Source of the DNA: Actinomycetota bacterium
Lineage (GTDB): Bacteria; Actinomycetota; Acidimicrobiia; Spongiisociales; UBA5794
Length of the DNA stretch: 55,782 bases
Direction: 5' to 3'
Assembly: GCA_039715165.1 (NCBI GenBank)
Contig: JBDLHX010000003.1
Span: forward strand, 1 to 55,782
In this document: positions 40,680 through 50,762 of the stretch, one piece after another
How the letters are laid out: every line of letters begins with the position of its first letter
How positions within the stretch are numbered: position 1 is the first letter of the stretch
Program-made: the position numbers and the translations under genes
The notes under the pieces: model-generated
Databases searched by the model: none
What the model saw: only the letters and a program-made list of their open reading frames with translations
Told to the model about the DNA's origin: nothing

Positions 40680-41257
40680 CACTGCTTCGCGTCGATCGGT
40701 CGCCGGTCCGGCTCTTTCTCTTCGGGCTGGCCGGGCTCCTGCTCATGCTGGGGGCCGTCGACGTGATGTGGGGCCACTGGCTCTCGACGCCGCCCGACAC
40801 CTACAACGAGGAGATCTCGTCGAAGGGGCGCAACCAGCGGCGCTCCGACTACGTGTGGGGGACGTTCATGCTTGCAGGCGGCGGAGTCCTCTTCGGCTAT
40901 GCGGTCACGACGCTCATCCGAAGGAAGCCGGTGCTTGTTCTTCGCGAGGAAGGCATCGATCTCGCGCTCGGGTCCCCTTTCGAGGAGCCGGTCTTTGCTC
41001 CGTGGGGGTCGATCGACTTCGTCTCTTGTGCGGCGGATGCCGACCCCGATGGCGGCGATGCCCGCGACGTGCTCTTCATCGACTTCAACGATCCGGGCGA
41101 GCTTCCGGCCGATTCCTGGGGTGCCGAGTGGCGCGGCAACCGACTCGTCATCGATGCGGTCGGATGGGAACGTCCCGTCGAGGAGGTCGTTCTGCACGCA
41201 AGTACGGCTCTCGAACATGCGCACCGCCCGCGACAGGAGGAGGCCCCCGATGGTTGA
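40676..41257 (+). CDS. Hypothetical membrane protein (2 TM)
   Basis: Overlaps both pyrE and nfo; two hydrophobic segments. Confidence 0.75.
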   Translation: MTLLRVDRSPVRLFLFGLAGLLLMLGAVDVMWGHWLSTPPDTYNEEISSKGRNQRRSDYVWGTFMLAGGGVLFGYAVTTLIRRKPVLVLREEGIDLALGSPFEEPVFAPWGSIDFVSCAADADPDGGDARDVLFIDFNDPGELPADSWGAEWRGNRLVIDAVGWERPVEEVVLHASTALEHAHRPRQEEAPDG

Positions 41258-42017
41258 TGTGAGGATCGGGGCCCACGTTCCCGCGAAGGATCCGCTCGGT
41301 GAGGCCGCAGCCCGCGACGCCGACGTTGTCCAGATCTTCATCTCGAATCCGCAGTCGTGGAAGCCGCCGGTTCCCAGGAAGGACGCCGAAGCGTTGCGAG
41401 CTTCCGATGTCGACTTCTATGTGCATGCCCCCTATCTGCTCAACCTCGCATCGCCGAACAATCGGGTCCGGATCCCATCGCGCAAGATGCTTGCTCAGAC
41501 AGTCGACGCGGCGGCTCACATCGGGGCAAAGGGTGTCATCGTGCACGGCGGGAGCGTCGGCTCCGAGGAGGAGGTCGATGTCGGCTTCGAGCGATGGTTC
41601 AAGGCGCTCGACTCGTTCGACGTCACGGTCCCGGTGCTCGTTGAGAACACGGCGGGCAAGGGCAACACGGTGATGCAGAACCTCGATAACTACGGCGCGC
41701 TGTGGGCGGCGATCGGCGACTTCAACGTCGGCGTGTGCCTCGACACGTGCCACGCCTGGGCGGCCGGAGCCGACCTCGAGACCGCGGTGGAGCGCATCAC
41801 GCGACACACTGGGGGCATCGATCTCGTCCACGGCAACGACTCGCGGGATCCGTTCGCCAGTCACCGGGACCGCCACGCGAACTTCGGGAAGGGCGAGATT
41901 CCGGAGGAACTGCTCTTGAAGGCGATGAGGGACGCGAAGGCCCCGATCGTCGTCGAGACCCCCGGCGGCGCGGAGGATCAGGGCGCCGACATCGCCTGGC
42001 TCAGGGAGCGCCTGTAG
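41250..42017 (+). CDS. nfo: Endonuclease IV
   Basis: IGAHV, VHAPYLLNLAS, ENTAG, CLDTCH, HGNDS, DRH, ETP. Confidence 0.92.
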   Translation: MVDVRIGAHVPAKDPLGEAAARDADVVQIFISNPQSWKPPVPRKDAEALRASDVDFYVHAPYLLNLASPNNRVRIPSRKMLAQTVDAAAHIGAKGVIVHGGSVGSEEEVDVGFERWFKALDSFDVTVPVLVENTAGKGNTVMQNLDNYGALWAAIGDFNVGVCLDTCHAWAAGADLETAVERITRHTGGIDLVHGNDSRDPFASHRDRHANFGKGEIPEELLLKAMRDAKAPIVVETPGGAEDQGADIAWLRERL

Positions 42018-42029
42018 CCGGGTCTCAAG

Positions 42030-43541
42030 TCATCCGTTGGACGGCATGGTGGGTCGCGTGACGCCTGCGCTGCTCACTGCCCACTCGGTCGTCGCCACGG
42101 CTTCTGCGAGCCCGGTGTCATGGGTGATGAGGAGGATGGCGCCGGGGTAGCTCCGCAGCGCTGCCTCGAGGCGCTCGATCGACGGCAGGTCGAGGTGATT
42201 GGTTGGCTCGTCGAGAACGAGGAGCCATGTCGGCGTCCCCAAGCCGAGCGCAAGGGCGAGCTTGCGCGCCTCCCCGGGTGAGGGGAGTCCCGAAGCGAGG
42301 AGCGGAGCCGGGTCGGTCCCGAGCAGTGAGACGAGGGACAGAACCCTTCCTCGGTCCGCCGGCGGCAGCGTTCGCACTCGTTCGAGCCACATGATCGCAT
42401 CGGAGCGCGTCGTCTCCTGTTGGAGCACGAGCATCCGGTCGGCCGGAATCGCCGCTGCGGCAACGAGCGTGGTGAGCAGTGTGGTCTTGCCCGCCCCGTT
42501 CGGACCCGCCAGCCGGATGCGGTCGTCTCGTCTCACAGCGAGGTCCGCTTCGAAGAGTGACTCGCCGTTCGGGATCGTCACGGGGCCGCTGTAGCGGATG
42601 AGGAATTCCTTTGGGGAGGGATCTGTCGGGAACGAGACCGCTCCGCCGTGGGTCCTCTCGATGGCGGATTCGTCGATGCGTCTCGCGACGTCGTCGAGGC
42701 GAGACCGCGTCACCTCGCGTTCGCGCGCCCCCGCTCGTTGACCGGAGGCGTGTCGGCCGGTAGCGACGGCCCCGCGCGTGTCGAGGTCGTGGATCCCGGC
42801 CTCGCGAACCTCTCTTCGTCGTACGGCATCCTTCTCCTCTGCGGTCCGGCGTTGATCGGCGAGACGGCGCTTGACCTTCTTCTGCTCCCGCTTCAGCCGG
42901 TCGAGGTCTTGCTGCGCGAGATCGGCCTCGGCTTCCCACGCAGCGTGGGCTTCGGCGTAGGACGCGTTCCGGAGCGACGTTCGCGAGCGATGGATCCGAA
43001 GCGTCTTCGTCGTCAGCCGTTCGAGTACGTCGCGATCGTGAGAGACGACGACACCGGCGCCGTCGAAACCCCCGAGGACGTCGAGCAGGAGGGAACGGGC
43101 CTCGTCGTCGAGATGGTTCGTCGGCTCGTCGAGGAGGAGGACCTCGGGGGAAGCCGCGAGGGCGGCCCCGATCTGCCATCGCTTCCGCTCACCCGGGGAC
43201 AGCGTCTCCCAGCGGTCGAGGTCTGCCGGCTCAAGACGAAGCCGGCTACGAAGTCGGATCGCATCTCGATCCCAATCCGTGGCGAAGGTGTCGATCGAGG
43301 CGGTTCGGTCGTCGATGCGCTGCTCACAGAGGATTGGGACGGTCCGAGGCGGAACGAGGTGAATCGATCCAGCATCGGGAGGATGGTCGCCCGCGATGAG
43401 GTGGAGGACTGTCGACTTGCCGGCTCCGTTCGCTCCGATGAAGCCGGTCCAACCAGGGCCGAGGTCGAAGGAGGCGTCCTCGATGATCGGGACGGCGGAT
43501 GAGTAGGAGAAGGAGACGTTGTGGAAATGGATGGCAGACAT
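42030..43541 (-). CDS. ABC-F family ATP-binding protein
   Basis: Two NBDs (GANGAGKS, GPNGAGKT; LDEPTNHLD twice), helical linker, no TM domain. Confidence 0.9.
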   Translation of the reverse strand: MSAIHFHNVSFSYSSAVPIIEDASFDLGPGWTGFIGANGAGKSTVLHLIAGDHPPDAGSIHLVPPRTVPILCEQRIDDRTASIDTFATDWDRDAIRLRSRLRLEPADLDRWETLSPGERKRWQIGAALAASPEVLLLDEPTNHLDDEARSLLLDVLGGFDGAGVVVSHDRDVLERLTTKTLRIHRSRTSLRNASYAEAHAAWEAEADLAQQDLDRLKREQKKVKRRLADQRRTAEEKDAVRRREVREAGIHDLDTRGAVATGRHASGQRAGAREREVTRSRLDDVARRIDESAIERTHGGAVSFPTDPSPKEFLIRYSGPVTIPNGESLFEADLAVRRDDRIRLAGPNGAGKTTLLTTLVAAAAIPADRMLVLQQETTRSDAIMWLERVRTLPPADRGRVLSLVSLLGTDPAPLLASGLPSPGEARKLALALGLGTPTWLLVLDEPTNHLDLPSIERLEAALRSYPGAILLITHDTGLAEAVATTEWAVSSAGVTRPTMPSNG

Positions 43542-43589
43542 GGCAACTCCCGTGGTGGGCGGGCCGGTGGCCCGGAGGCGGTGGATTCC

Positions 43590-43607
43590 TCAGTTGATGT
43601 CGGTCAT
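43590..43607 (-). promoter_or_regulatory. Putative leader peptide uORF (MTDIN) of the ABC-F gene
   Basis: GGGAAG RBS then ATG ACC GAC ATC AAC TGA, 48 nt before the ABC-F start; TACAAT -10 upstream. Confidence 0.55.
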
Positions 43608-43655
43608 GTGCTTCCCGTGGGTGGTCCCACCATTGTATCCGCGGTCACAACAAGA

Positions 43656-43702
43656 ACTCTGGCGTCCGCTCAGCCCGGATATGGCTGGACGGACGCCAGA
43701 GT
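43656..43702. terminator. Hairpin downstream of ino1
   Basis: actctggcgtccg ... cggacgccagagt, 13-bp perfect outer stem. Confidence 0.65.
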
Positions 43703-43726
43703 CCGAAGGGGGTGGGGCGTGATTGG

Positions 43727-44842
43727 CTACTCGGCCGAGAGGAAGGTCTCCAGGTCGCAGGCGAGGTCGCTCGAGCCCTCGATGAACTCCTCGACGTGGT
43801 TGTGTGCGACCGCGTCGTGGTACTGCACCGGGGGCGACTTCATGAAGTACGACGACGGAGCGAGGAGCGGTCCGCCGACGCCCCGGTCCATGGCGATCTT
43901 CGCCGCACGGACTGCGTCGATGATCACGCCGGCCGAGTTGGGGGAGTCCCACACTTCGAGCTTCAGCTCCACGTTGAGCGGAACGTCGCCGAACGACGTG
44001 CCCTCGAGGCGGATGTACGCCCACTTACGATCCGAGAGCCACGGCACGTGGTCCGACGGGCCGATGTGCACGGTCTCGGAGTTCATGCGCCGTTCGATCT
44101 GGCTCGTGACCGACTGGGTCTTCGAGATCTTCTTGGACTGCAGACGCTCACGCTCGAGCATGTTCTTGAAGTCCATGTTCCCGCCGAAGTTCAGCTGGTA
44201 CGTCTGGTCGATCTTCACGCCGCGGTCCTCGAAGAGGCGGGCGAGCTGGCGGTGCACGATCGTGGCGCCCACCTGCGACTTGATGTCGTCACCGATGATC
44301 GGCAGGTTCGCGTCGACGAACTTCTGCGCCCACTCGGGGTTCGAAGCGATGAACACTGGGATGGCGTTGACGAATCCCACGCCGGCGTCGAGCGCCGCCT
44401 GGGCATAGAACTTGGTGGCATCCTCGGAGCCGACCGGCAGGTAGGAGACGAGCACGTCGGCGTTCGTGTCCTTGAGAACCTGCACGACGTCGACCGGTTC
44501 GGCGGCCGATTCCTCGACCTCGTCGACGTAGTACTTGCCGAGACCGTCGAGGGTCGGTCCGCGACGGACCTCGATACCGAGGTCGGAGACCTCGACGAAC
44601 TCGATCGTGTTATTCATTCCGGCCCACATGGCCTTCGAAACGTCCTGGCCGACCTTCGTCGCATCGACGTCGAAGGCGGCGACGAAGTCGACGTCACCCA
44701 CGTGGTAGCCGCCGAGGTCGATGTGCATCAACCCGGGGACCTTGAGCGACGGATCTGCGTCGCGGTAGTACTCGACACCCTGGATGAGCGAGTTGGCGCA
44801 GTTGCCGAGTCCTGCGATCGCTACTCGTACCTTGTTGGGCAT
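43727..44842 (-). CDS. ino1: Inositol-3-phosphate synthase
   Basis: [42 protein letters not shown]. Confidence 0.96.
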   Translation of the reverse strand: MPNKVRVAIAGLGNCANSLIQGVEYYRDADPSLKVPGLMHIDLGGYHVGDVDFVAAFDVDATKVGQDVSKAMWAGMNNTIEFVEVSDLGIEVRRGPTLDGLGKYYVDEVEESAAEPVDVVQVLKDTNADVLVSYLPVGSEDATKFYAQAALDAGVGFVNAIPVFIASNPEWAQKFVDANLPIIGDDIKSQVGATIVHRQLARLFEDRGVKIDQTYQLNFGGNMDFKNMLERERLQSKKISKTQSVTSQIERRMNSETVHIGPSDHVPWLSDRKWAYIRLEGTSFGDVPLNVELKLEVWDSPNSAGVIIDAVRAAKIAMDRGVGGPLLAPSSYFMKSPPVQYHDAVAHNHVEEFIEGSSDLACDLETFLSAE

Positions 44843-44865
44843 GGTTGCCTCCTCGTTCTGTGAAC

Positions 44866-45378
44866 TCATGCGCCGGCTCTCGCGCTTCGCTCGCCGGCGA
44901 TGAGTTCGTCGAGCCAGGCGATGTCCGCCTCGGTCGACCGAACCCTCCGCTCCATGAGCGCCATTCGATACCGGTCCGGCTTCCTTGCGCTGCTGCGCGC
45001 CCCCTTGAAGGAGCGTCGCGCACCGTGAAGCCGGTCCTGGAGCGCCGTTCGGCGGTCTTCGAGGACCCCGAGACGGTGCTGCGGCTCGAGACGGCCGAGG
45101 AACGCCAGCCGGAGCTGGAACTCTCGGTCCGAGCCGTCGTCGGAGTCGGTCAGCAGCTCGCCGAGGCGAGCGTCGCCCGTATCGGTCATCCTGTATGCCT
45201 TGCGGCGGCCCTCGCCCTTGGTGGCCTCGATGAACCCCTGCTTCTCCAAGCGCCTGAGCGCGGGGTAGAGGGATCCGAACGAGACCTGCCAGAAGCCGAG
45301 CTCGCCGAGGGCGCGCTTCAGCTCATAGCCGTGTCGCGGCTCATCGTGAAGCAGTCCAAGGATGGCGAAGTCGAGCAC
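44866..45378 (-). CDS. PadR family transcriptional regulator
   Basis: [18 protein letters not shown]; conserved pairing with ino1. Confidence 0.92.
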   Translation of the reverse strand: MLDFAILGLLHDEPRHGYELKRALGELGFWQVSFGSLYPALRRLEKQGFIEATKGEGRRKAYRMTDTGDARLGELLTDSDDGSDREFQLRLAFLGRLEPQHRLGVLEDRRTALQDRLHGARRSFKGARSSARKPDRYRMALMERRVRSTEADIAWLDELIAGERSARAGA

Positions 45379-45390
45379 CAACGGTCTCCG

Positions 45391-45427
45391 ATGTATCGAT
45401 TCGATATAAGTATATCGTTTCGATATA
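45391..45427. promoter_or_regulatory. Tandem palindromic operator, probably bound by the PadR regulator
   Basis: TATCGATTCGATA and TATATCGTTTCGATATA, 20-bp period, directly upstream of padR. Confidence 0.7.
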
Positions 45428-45450
45428 GAACCGTCACTTCGTTCCGGATC

Positions 45451-45472
45451 TGTCACCGTCGGCCCCTACTCT
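45451..45472 (+). promoter_or_regulatory. PafBC/RecA-NDp-like promoter
   Basis: TGTC-N12-TACTCT, 7 nt before the helicase GTG. Confidence 0.6.
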
Positions 45473-45479
45473 CGCCCGA

Positions 45480-48242
45480 GTGATGGTTCCAACTGCACTC
45501 GGCCGATCTGTGGTGATCGAATCCGGCGCCCCCGTTCCTGAAGCGTGGTCAGGCGCGTCGGTCGTGCTGATCGACGAGGCGACCCTGGGCGAACCGGACG
45601 CCGCTGTCGACCGACTGCACCGCTCGTGGATTGACCGGGAACCGATCGTCATCGAGTTCGGTGTCGATCCTGGCGCTCTCAGGGTGCCCGAGACCGACGG
45701 CAGGAGTCCCTACGAGGTCGAGTCGGCCTTCACCTTCCCTCTCGAACGGCTCCACTTCCTCGTGTGGGCGAACACCTACGACGCCCGCGACGGAGATCCA
45801 CGGTGGTGGTGGAGCGTGAAAGCCGCGGCGATCGGAGCGACGGAAGGAGGACCTGCCGATGTGGTCCTTCCCGATGGGACCCCGGCCTGGATCGACGGCG
45901 GTCCCCGTGGACCGATCAATGTCGACGAAGCGGTGGTGCATGCGGAGAGCGTGACCCTGGGTCGGCTCGACGCCGTGCCGCTGTTCGATCCGATCGACGG
46001 AGGCCTCGCCCCGGACCAGGCGGCAGCTGCCAACCACGCCGCCGGTCCTGCGCGCATCATCGCACCGGCCGGTTCGGGGAAGACACGGACGCTCACCGCC
46101 CGGCTCCGACACCTCCTCGACGACCGGGCGATAGAACCGGACACCGTCTGCGCCCTCGCCTACAACACAAAGGCAGCCGCCGAGTTGAGGGAACGGGCTG
46201 GGGCGACGAACGGTGCGCTCATCCGCACCGTGCACTCACTCGGATGGGAGATCCTCCGAGAAGCCCGCAACGGTGTGCGACTCATCGATGAACGGGACGT
46301 GCGAGCCATCCTCGACCGGATCGTGCAGGTACCGCGGCGACCAAACACGGACACGATCGGTCCGTACATCGAAGCCCTCGCGGAGTCTCGCATCGCTCTA
46401 CGGTCGCCCACAGCCGTCGAGGCCGGACGAGACGACGTCCCGGACTTCGCAGCCGTGTACGAGCGCTACCGGCAGCGTCTCGTTCGGGGGAACGAGGCCG
46501 ATTTCGACGAACAGGTCCACGGCGCCATCGAAGCGCTGCTCACGGACGCCGATCTGCGCAGCCGGTGGCAGAGCCGCTGCCGCCACGTCCTCGTCGACGA
46601 GTTTCAGGACCTCACCGGCGCCTACCTCCTCCTCATCCGTCTCCTCGCCTCTCCGCAACTCAACGTCTTCGGCGTCGGTGATGACGACCAGACCATCTAC
46701 GGCTACGCCGGGGCAGACCCGGGCTACCTCATCGATTACGACCGGTTCTTCCCCGGCGCCGGCTCCCATCCTCTCGAGGTCAACTACCGGTGCCCGGTCC
46801 CCGTCGTCGAAGCCGCCATCCATCTGCTGTCGTACAACGACCGGCGCATCGACAAGACGATCAGAGCAGCCGGTGGCATGGCCGATCGGTCCGACGTCTT
46901 CGGTGTCGAGCGAGTGGGCGGCGCAGATCTCGGCGTGCGGGCCGGCGACCTGATCGAAGGTTGGCTCGGTGACGCCGACCTGGACGGCGTCGCTGTGCTG
47001 GCGCGAGTGAACTCGGCGCTGCTCCCCGTTCACCTGGCGCTCGCGGAGCGAGGCGTGCCGTTCTCATCCCCAATCGGGCAAGGGATTCTCACCCGCACTG
47101 TCGTTGCGGCGACGTTGGCCTGGATGCGACTCGGCCTGGATCCGGACCGTATGAGTCGCACGGATCTGATGACTGCCGTGCGTCGTCCTTCGCGGGGGCT
47201 CAACCGGCTGGCAGCAGACCTGCTCCGGCGACGGTTCTTCGATGTCGACGCGATGAACGATGTGGGGACGGACCTCGCCGGCAAGCAGGCGAAACGCTGG
47301 GACGGCTTCGTCGAAGACCTCGAGCGTGTGGCCGTCGCTGCCGAACAGGACGACGCAGCGGCGCTCCTCGACGTCGTGATCCGCCGCATCGGACTGGAGT
47401 CCTCGGCGTTCGCCCTCGATAGCGGCCGCAGCCGCGCCGACCGTTCGGCGCAGTCGGACGATCTCGTGGCGCTGCGACGAGGGGCCGCGATTCACCCGAC
47501 CGCCTCGGACTTCGAACCCTGGCTCGCCGAGATGATCGACCGATCGGGTCCCGATGGTGTGACCCTGTCGACGGTGCATCGAGCAAAGGGTCTCGAATGG
47601 GACCGCGTGGTCGTGTTCGGTGTAGATCGTGGCCTTCTCCCGCACGATCTCGCGACCGACATCGAGGAGGAGCGGCGGATCCTGCATGTGGCGATCACAC
47701 GAGGCATCAATCAGGTCACGATCCTGTCCGACGCCGGCAATCCCTCCAGGTTCCTCGACGAACTCACCGGAGAGGCGGCACGAACCGCCGGGCCGGAACC
47801 GGTCAAGCGCCGGAAGCGCCCGGAGCGCAAGACCAGGGGATTCGGCGTCGAGGTGGGTGACTCGGTAGCCGTTCACGGTGGCATCGGCGGGGTCGTGGCG
47901 GAGATCGACGCGGACGGCGCCTGGTTGGAGGTCGAAGGCGGAGGTCAGTTCCAGGTCCGATGGGGTGATGAGGTCAAGGTAGGGGGCCGCACGGGCCCGC
48001 TCACGCCGGAGCCGGAGACCATCACTCCCGATGCGGAGCTCGTCGAGCGATTGAAGGCATGGCGGCTCGAGACCGCACGAGCGACGGGGATGCCGGCGTA
48101 TGTGATCCTCCACGACGCGACGATCGAGACGATCGCGGGGATCCGGCCGCAGACGGAGACTCAGCTGGCTTCGGTTCCGGGCATCGGTCCGGCGAAGCTC
48201 GAGGCACATGGCGATGCGATCCTCGAGATCTGCGCCGAGTAA
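45480..48242 (+). CDS. UvrD-family DNA helicase with C-terminal HRDC (UvrD2-like)
   Basis: APAGSGKT, VDEFQD, VGDDDQTIY, NYR, TVHRAKGLEW, EERR..HVAITR, HRDC. Confidence 0.93.
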   Translation: MMVPTALGRSVVIESGAPVPEAWSGASVVLIDEATLGEPDAAVDRLHRSWIDREPIVIEFGVDPGALRVPETDGRSPYEVESAFTFPLERLHFLVWANTYDARDGDPRWWWSVKAAAIGATEGGPADVVLPDGTPAWIDGGPRGPINVDEAVVHAESVTLGRLDAVPLFDPIDGGLAPDQAAAANHAAGPARIIAPAGSGKTRTLTARLRHLLDDRAIEPDTVCALAYNTKAAAELRERAGATNGALIRTVHSLGWEILREARNGVRLIDERDVRAILDRIVQVPRRPNTDTIGPYIEALAESRIALRSPTAVEAGRDDVPDFAAVYERYRQRLVRGNEADFDEQVHGAIEALLTDADLRSRWQSRCRHVLVDEFQDLTGAYLLLIRLLASPQLNVFGVGDDDQTIYGYAGADPGYLIDYDRFFPGAGSHPLEVNYRCPVPVVEAAIHLLSYNDRRIDKTIRAAGGMADRSDVFGVERVGGADLGVRAGDLIEGWLGDADLDGVAVLARVNSALLPVHLALAERGVPFSSPIGQGILTRTVVAATLAWMRLGLDPDRMSRTDLMTAVRRPSRGLNRLAADLLRRRFFDVDAMNDVGTDLAGKQAKRWDGFVEDLERVAVAAEQDDAAALLDVVIRRIGLESSAFALDSGRSRADRSAQSDDLVALRRGAAIHPTASDFEPWLAEMIDRSGPDGVTLSTVHRAKGLEWDRVVVFGVDRGLLPHDLATDIEEERRILHVAITRGINQVTILSDAGNPSRFLDELTGEAARTAGPEPVKRRKRPERKTRGFGVEVGDSVAVHGGIGGVVAEIDADGAWLEVEGGGQFQVRWGDEVKVGGRTGPLTPEPETITPDAELVERLKAWRLETARATGMPAYVILHDATIETIAGIRPQTETQLASVPGIGPAKLEAHGDAILEICAE

Positions 48243-48248
48243 CGCGGT

Positions 48249-49214
48249 CTACGGCTCCGTCGTCGATGCCGTGTAGATGGTCCACTCACCGTCGGCGAGG
48301 CGTCCCAATCCACCCTTCGTCCCGACCCAGAGGGCCCCATCGCTGCCGGGCGCGAGCGCCGTGACCGACGTGTTCGGGAGGCCCTGGGCGATGGCGGGGA
48401 CGGTGATCTCCCCGTCGGTGAGTTGAGCGAGCCCCTCAGTGGTGCCGACCCAGACAATCCCGTCGATCCCTGTGGACACGGCAGTCACCCACTCGCCGGG
48501 CAGGCCGTCGGCGGTCGTGTATGAGGTCCACTCCGTTCCGTCGAATCGACCGAGGCCTCCGCGAGCGGCCACCCAGACGACACCGTCGGCATCGACGTCG
48601 ATCGCGTTGATCCAGTCACCCGGGAGGCCGTCGGAGCTGGAGTAGGCGGTCCAGGCTGTTCCGTCGAAGTGGCTGAGACCACCATTGCTCCCGATCCAGA
48701 GCTCTTCGGTGCCGGCCGACGCGACCCAGATGACTCGTGTCGTGGGGAGCCCGTCGTCGGCATCGATCGTCTCCCACTCCTCCCCGTTCGGACGACTCAA
48801 TCCGAAGATCGTGCCGAGCCAGACCGTGCCACCGTCGTCGACGGCGATCGAGTTCACCCAGTTGCTCGGGAGGCCATCCTCGATTCCGTACCGAGTCCAG
48901 CCGCCGCTCTCGAGCCGGCCCGCTCCGTAGTTCGTCCCGACCCAAACGGACCCATCGTCGGCGACCGTCACGGAGTTGACGAGATCGTTCGGCAGGCCGT
49001 CGGTGGCCCGGTACACCGTCCACGAGTCACCGTCGAGGTGCCCGAGTCCGTCGTTCGTCCCGACCCAGAGGCTCCCGTCCGGATCAGCGGCGATCGATGT
49101 CACCCAGTCGTTGGGGAGGGATGGGGCGGCATCGTCTACGGGAGCGCCGCCCGACGAGCAGCCGGCGGCGAGGGCCGCCACGAGGATGACGGGGAGGAAT
49201 CGACCGCCTCTAAT
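48249..49214 (-). CDS. Beta-propeller lipoprotein (two-component regulator propeller repeats); start uncertain
   Basis: About seven repeats GLP..WV..I..D.DG.LWVGT..GL; lipobox LAAGC. Confidence 0.85.
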   Translation of the reverse strand: MRGGRFLPVILVAALAAGCSSGGAPVDDAAPSLPNDWVTSIAADPDGSLWVGTNDGLGHLDGDSWTVYRATDGLPNDLVNSVTVADDGSVWVGTNYGAGRLESGGWTRYGIEDGLPSNWVNSIAVDDGGTVWLGTIFGLSRPNGEEWETIDADDGLPTTRVIWVASAGTEELWIGSNGGLSHFDGTAWTAYSSSDGLPGDWINAIDVDADGVVWVAARGGLGRFDGTEWTSYTTADGLPGEWVTAVSTGIDGIVWVGTTEGLAQLTDGEITVPAIAQGLPNTSVTALAPGSDGALWVGTKGGLGRLADGEWTIYTASTTEP

Positions 49215-49686
49215 AGCCGCCGCCGATCTTGCGGTGATCCCACGATGCCGTCTTCGTCGGCTCCACGACGACTGCCGTGTTCTTCGAAGCGAACCGGCCG
49301 AAAGCCTCCTCGAGCTCCTCTTCCGTGAGCTCGACCGGCTCCGGCCCGATCATCGCGTACTTCGCAGCGAGGCGGCCGTAGATGGACAGCACGTACGTCG
49401 GGTCCTCAACGAGACGAGCCTCTGCCTTGATCATCACGCCCCGGAGCTCCTCGTATGCATCGCCCTCCTCGGCGAGCACGGTGAGCCGGGGGTCACGCTG
49501 GAGGTTCACGATCTTCTGCGACCGGGTGAACGACCGAAAGACGATCTTGTCGTCCTCCATGACGAACCACATCGGTGCGAGATGGGGCCACCCGTCCTGC
49601 CCGATCGTCGCCACCTCGAGAATTGCGGTCTCGTCGAGGAAGGCGGTGACTTCCGTCGTCGTCATTGAGATGTCTTTGCGCGCCAT
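49210..49686 (-). CDS. PPOX-class (pyridoxamine 5'-phosphate oxidase family) protein, probably F420-dependent
   Basis: VATIG.DGWPHLAPMWF, SQKIVNLQRDPR, SWDHRK. Confidence 0.88.
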   Translation of the reverse strand: MARKDISMTTTEVTAFLDETAILEVATIGQDGWPHLAPMWFVMEDDKIVFRSFTRSQKIVNLQRDPRLTVLAEEGDAYEELRGVMIKAEARLVEDPTYVLSIYGRLAAKYAMIGPEPVELTEEELEEAFGRFASKNTAVVVEPTKTASWDHRKIGGGY

Positions 49687-49867
49687 GGCGAGAACGGTAC
49701 CCGTTTCGAGACGATGCCGATTCGACCCGGAATGGGCGTGCGGGCGCTAGCGTTCAAGGCGCAGGCGGAAGGGACGGTCGACCCATCGGGCGGCTGATCC
49801 CGCCAACACCGCCGATCTGAAGCTGCGATGGGTCCCCCAACCCTCGGGTGGGGAGAGAGGAGCTCCG

Positions 49868-50731
49868 ATGAGCACGGTTACTGCACCGGGAATCCGCGCG
49901 CGCAAAGGCGGCGCGAAGATCCGGATGGTCACGGCATACGACTACCCGACGGCGAAGATCGCCGACCGTGCGGGAGCCGACATCATCCTCGTCGGCGACT
50001 CGGTCGCGAACGTCGTGCTGGGTCACGGCGACACCCTCTCGGTCGACATCGATGTGATGGTGCATCACACCTCTGCCGTCACCAGGGCCGAGCCGAGCGC
50101 GCTCGTTGTCGGTGACATGCCGTGGATGAGCTACCACGTGACGCCCGAGGACGCCGTGCGCAACGCCGCACGACTCGTGCGTGAAGGCGGCGCGGCTGCC
50201 GTCAAGGTCGAAGGGGGGCGCAAGCGCCTCGACGTGGTTCGCGCCATCCTCGACGCTGAGATTCCCCTGATGGGGCATCTCGGGCTCACGCCTCAGTCGG
50301 TCAACGCCATGGGCGGGTATCGGGTGCAGGGCAAGGAGGCCCACGCCGCGTACGAACTCATCAGCGATGCTCATGCGCTTGCAGACGCCGGCGTCTTCGC
50401 AATAGTCCTCGAGGGTGTGCCGGACAGGGTCGCCGAGATCGTCACCGCAGAGGTGCCGGTTCCGACGATCGGAATTGGAGCCGGAGTTGGTTGCGACGGG
50501 CAAGTGCTCGTCTTGCACGACGTGCTCGGACTCGGCGGCGGTGAGTACCTCCCGAAGTTCGTGCGCGCCTACGCCAATCTCGCCGACGATGCCGTTGAGG
50601 CGCTCGAGCAGTTCTTCTCCGAAGTCGAGAGCGGTGCATTCCCGGCGGAGGCAGAGACCTACCACATGCCGGACGAGTCGTTCGAGATTCTGCGTGGACT
50701 CATCGGCGAGGAAACCTGCGTCGACTGCTAG
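49868..50731 (+). CDS. panB: 3-methyl-2-oxobutanoate hydroxymethyltransferase
   Basis: TAYDY, LVGDS, VKVEGG, GHLGLTPQ, GIGAG. Confidence 0.97.
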   Translation: MSTVTAPGIRARKGGAKIRMVTAYDYPTAKIADRAGADIILVGDSVANVVLGHGDTLSVDIDVMVHHTSAVTRAEPSALVVGDMPWMSYHVTPEDAVRNAARLVREGGAAAVKVEGGRKRLDVVRAILDAEIPLMGHLGLTPQSVNAMGGYRVQGKEAHAAYELISDAHALADAGVFAIVLEGVPDRVAEIVTAEVPVPTIGIGAGVGCDGQVLVLHDVLGLGGGEYLPKFVRAYANLADDAVEALEQFFSEVESGAFPAEAETYHMPDESFEILRGLIGEETCVDC

Positions 50732-50760
50732 CAAGACACAAGTAGCAAGTAGCTTGCTAC
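50729..50760. repeat. Heptamer repeat sharing a 21-nt string with 483-503
   Basis: tagcaagacacaagtagcaag occurs at both loci. Confidence 0.75.
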
Positions 50761-50762
50761 CC

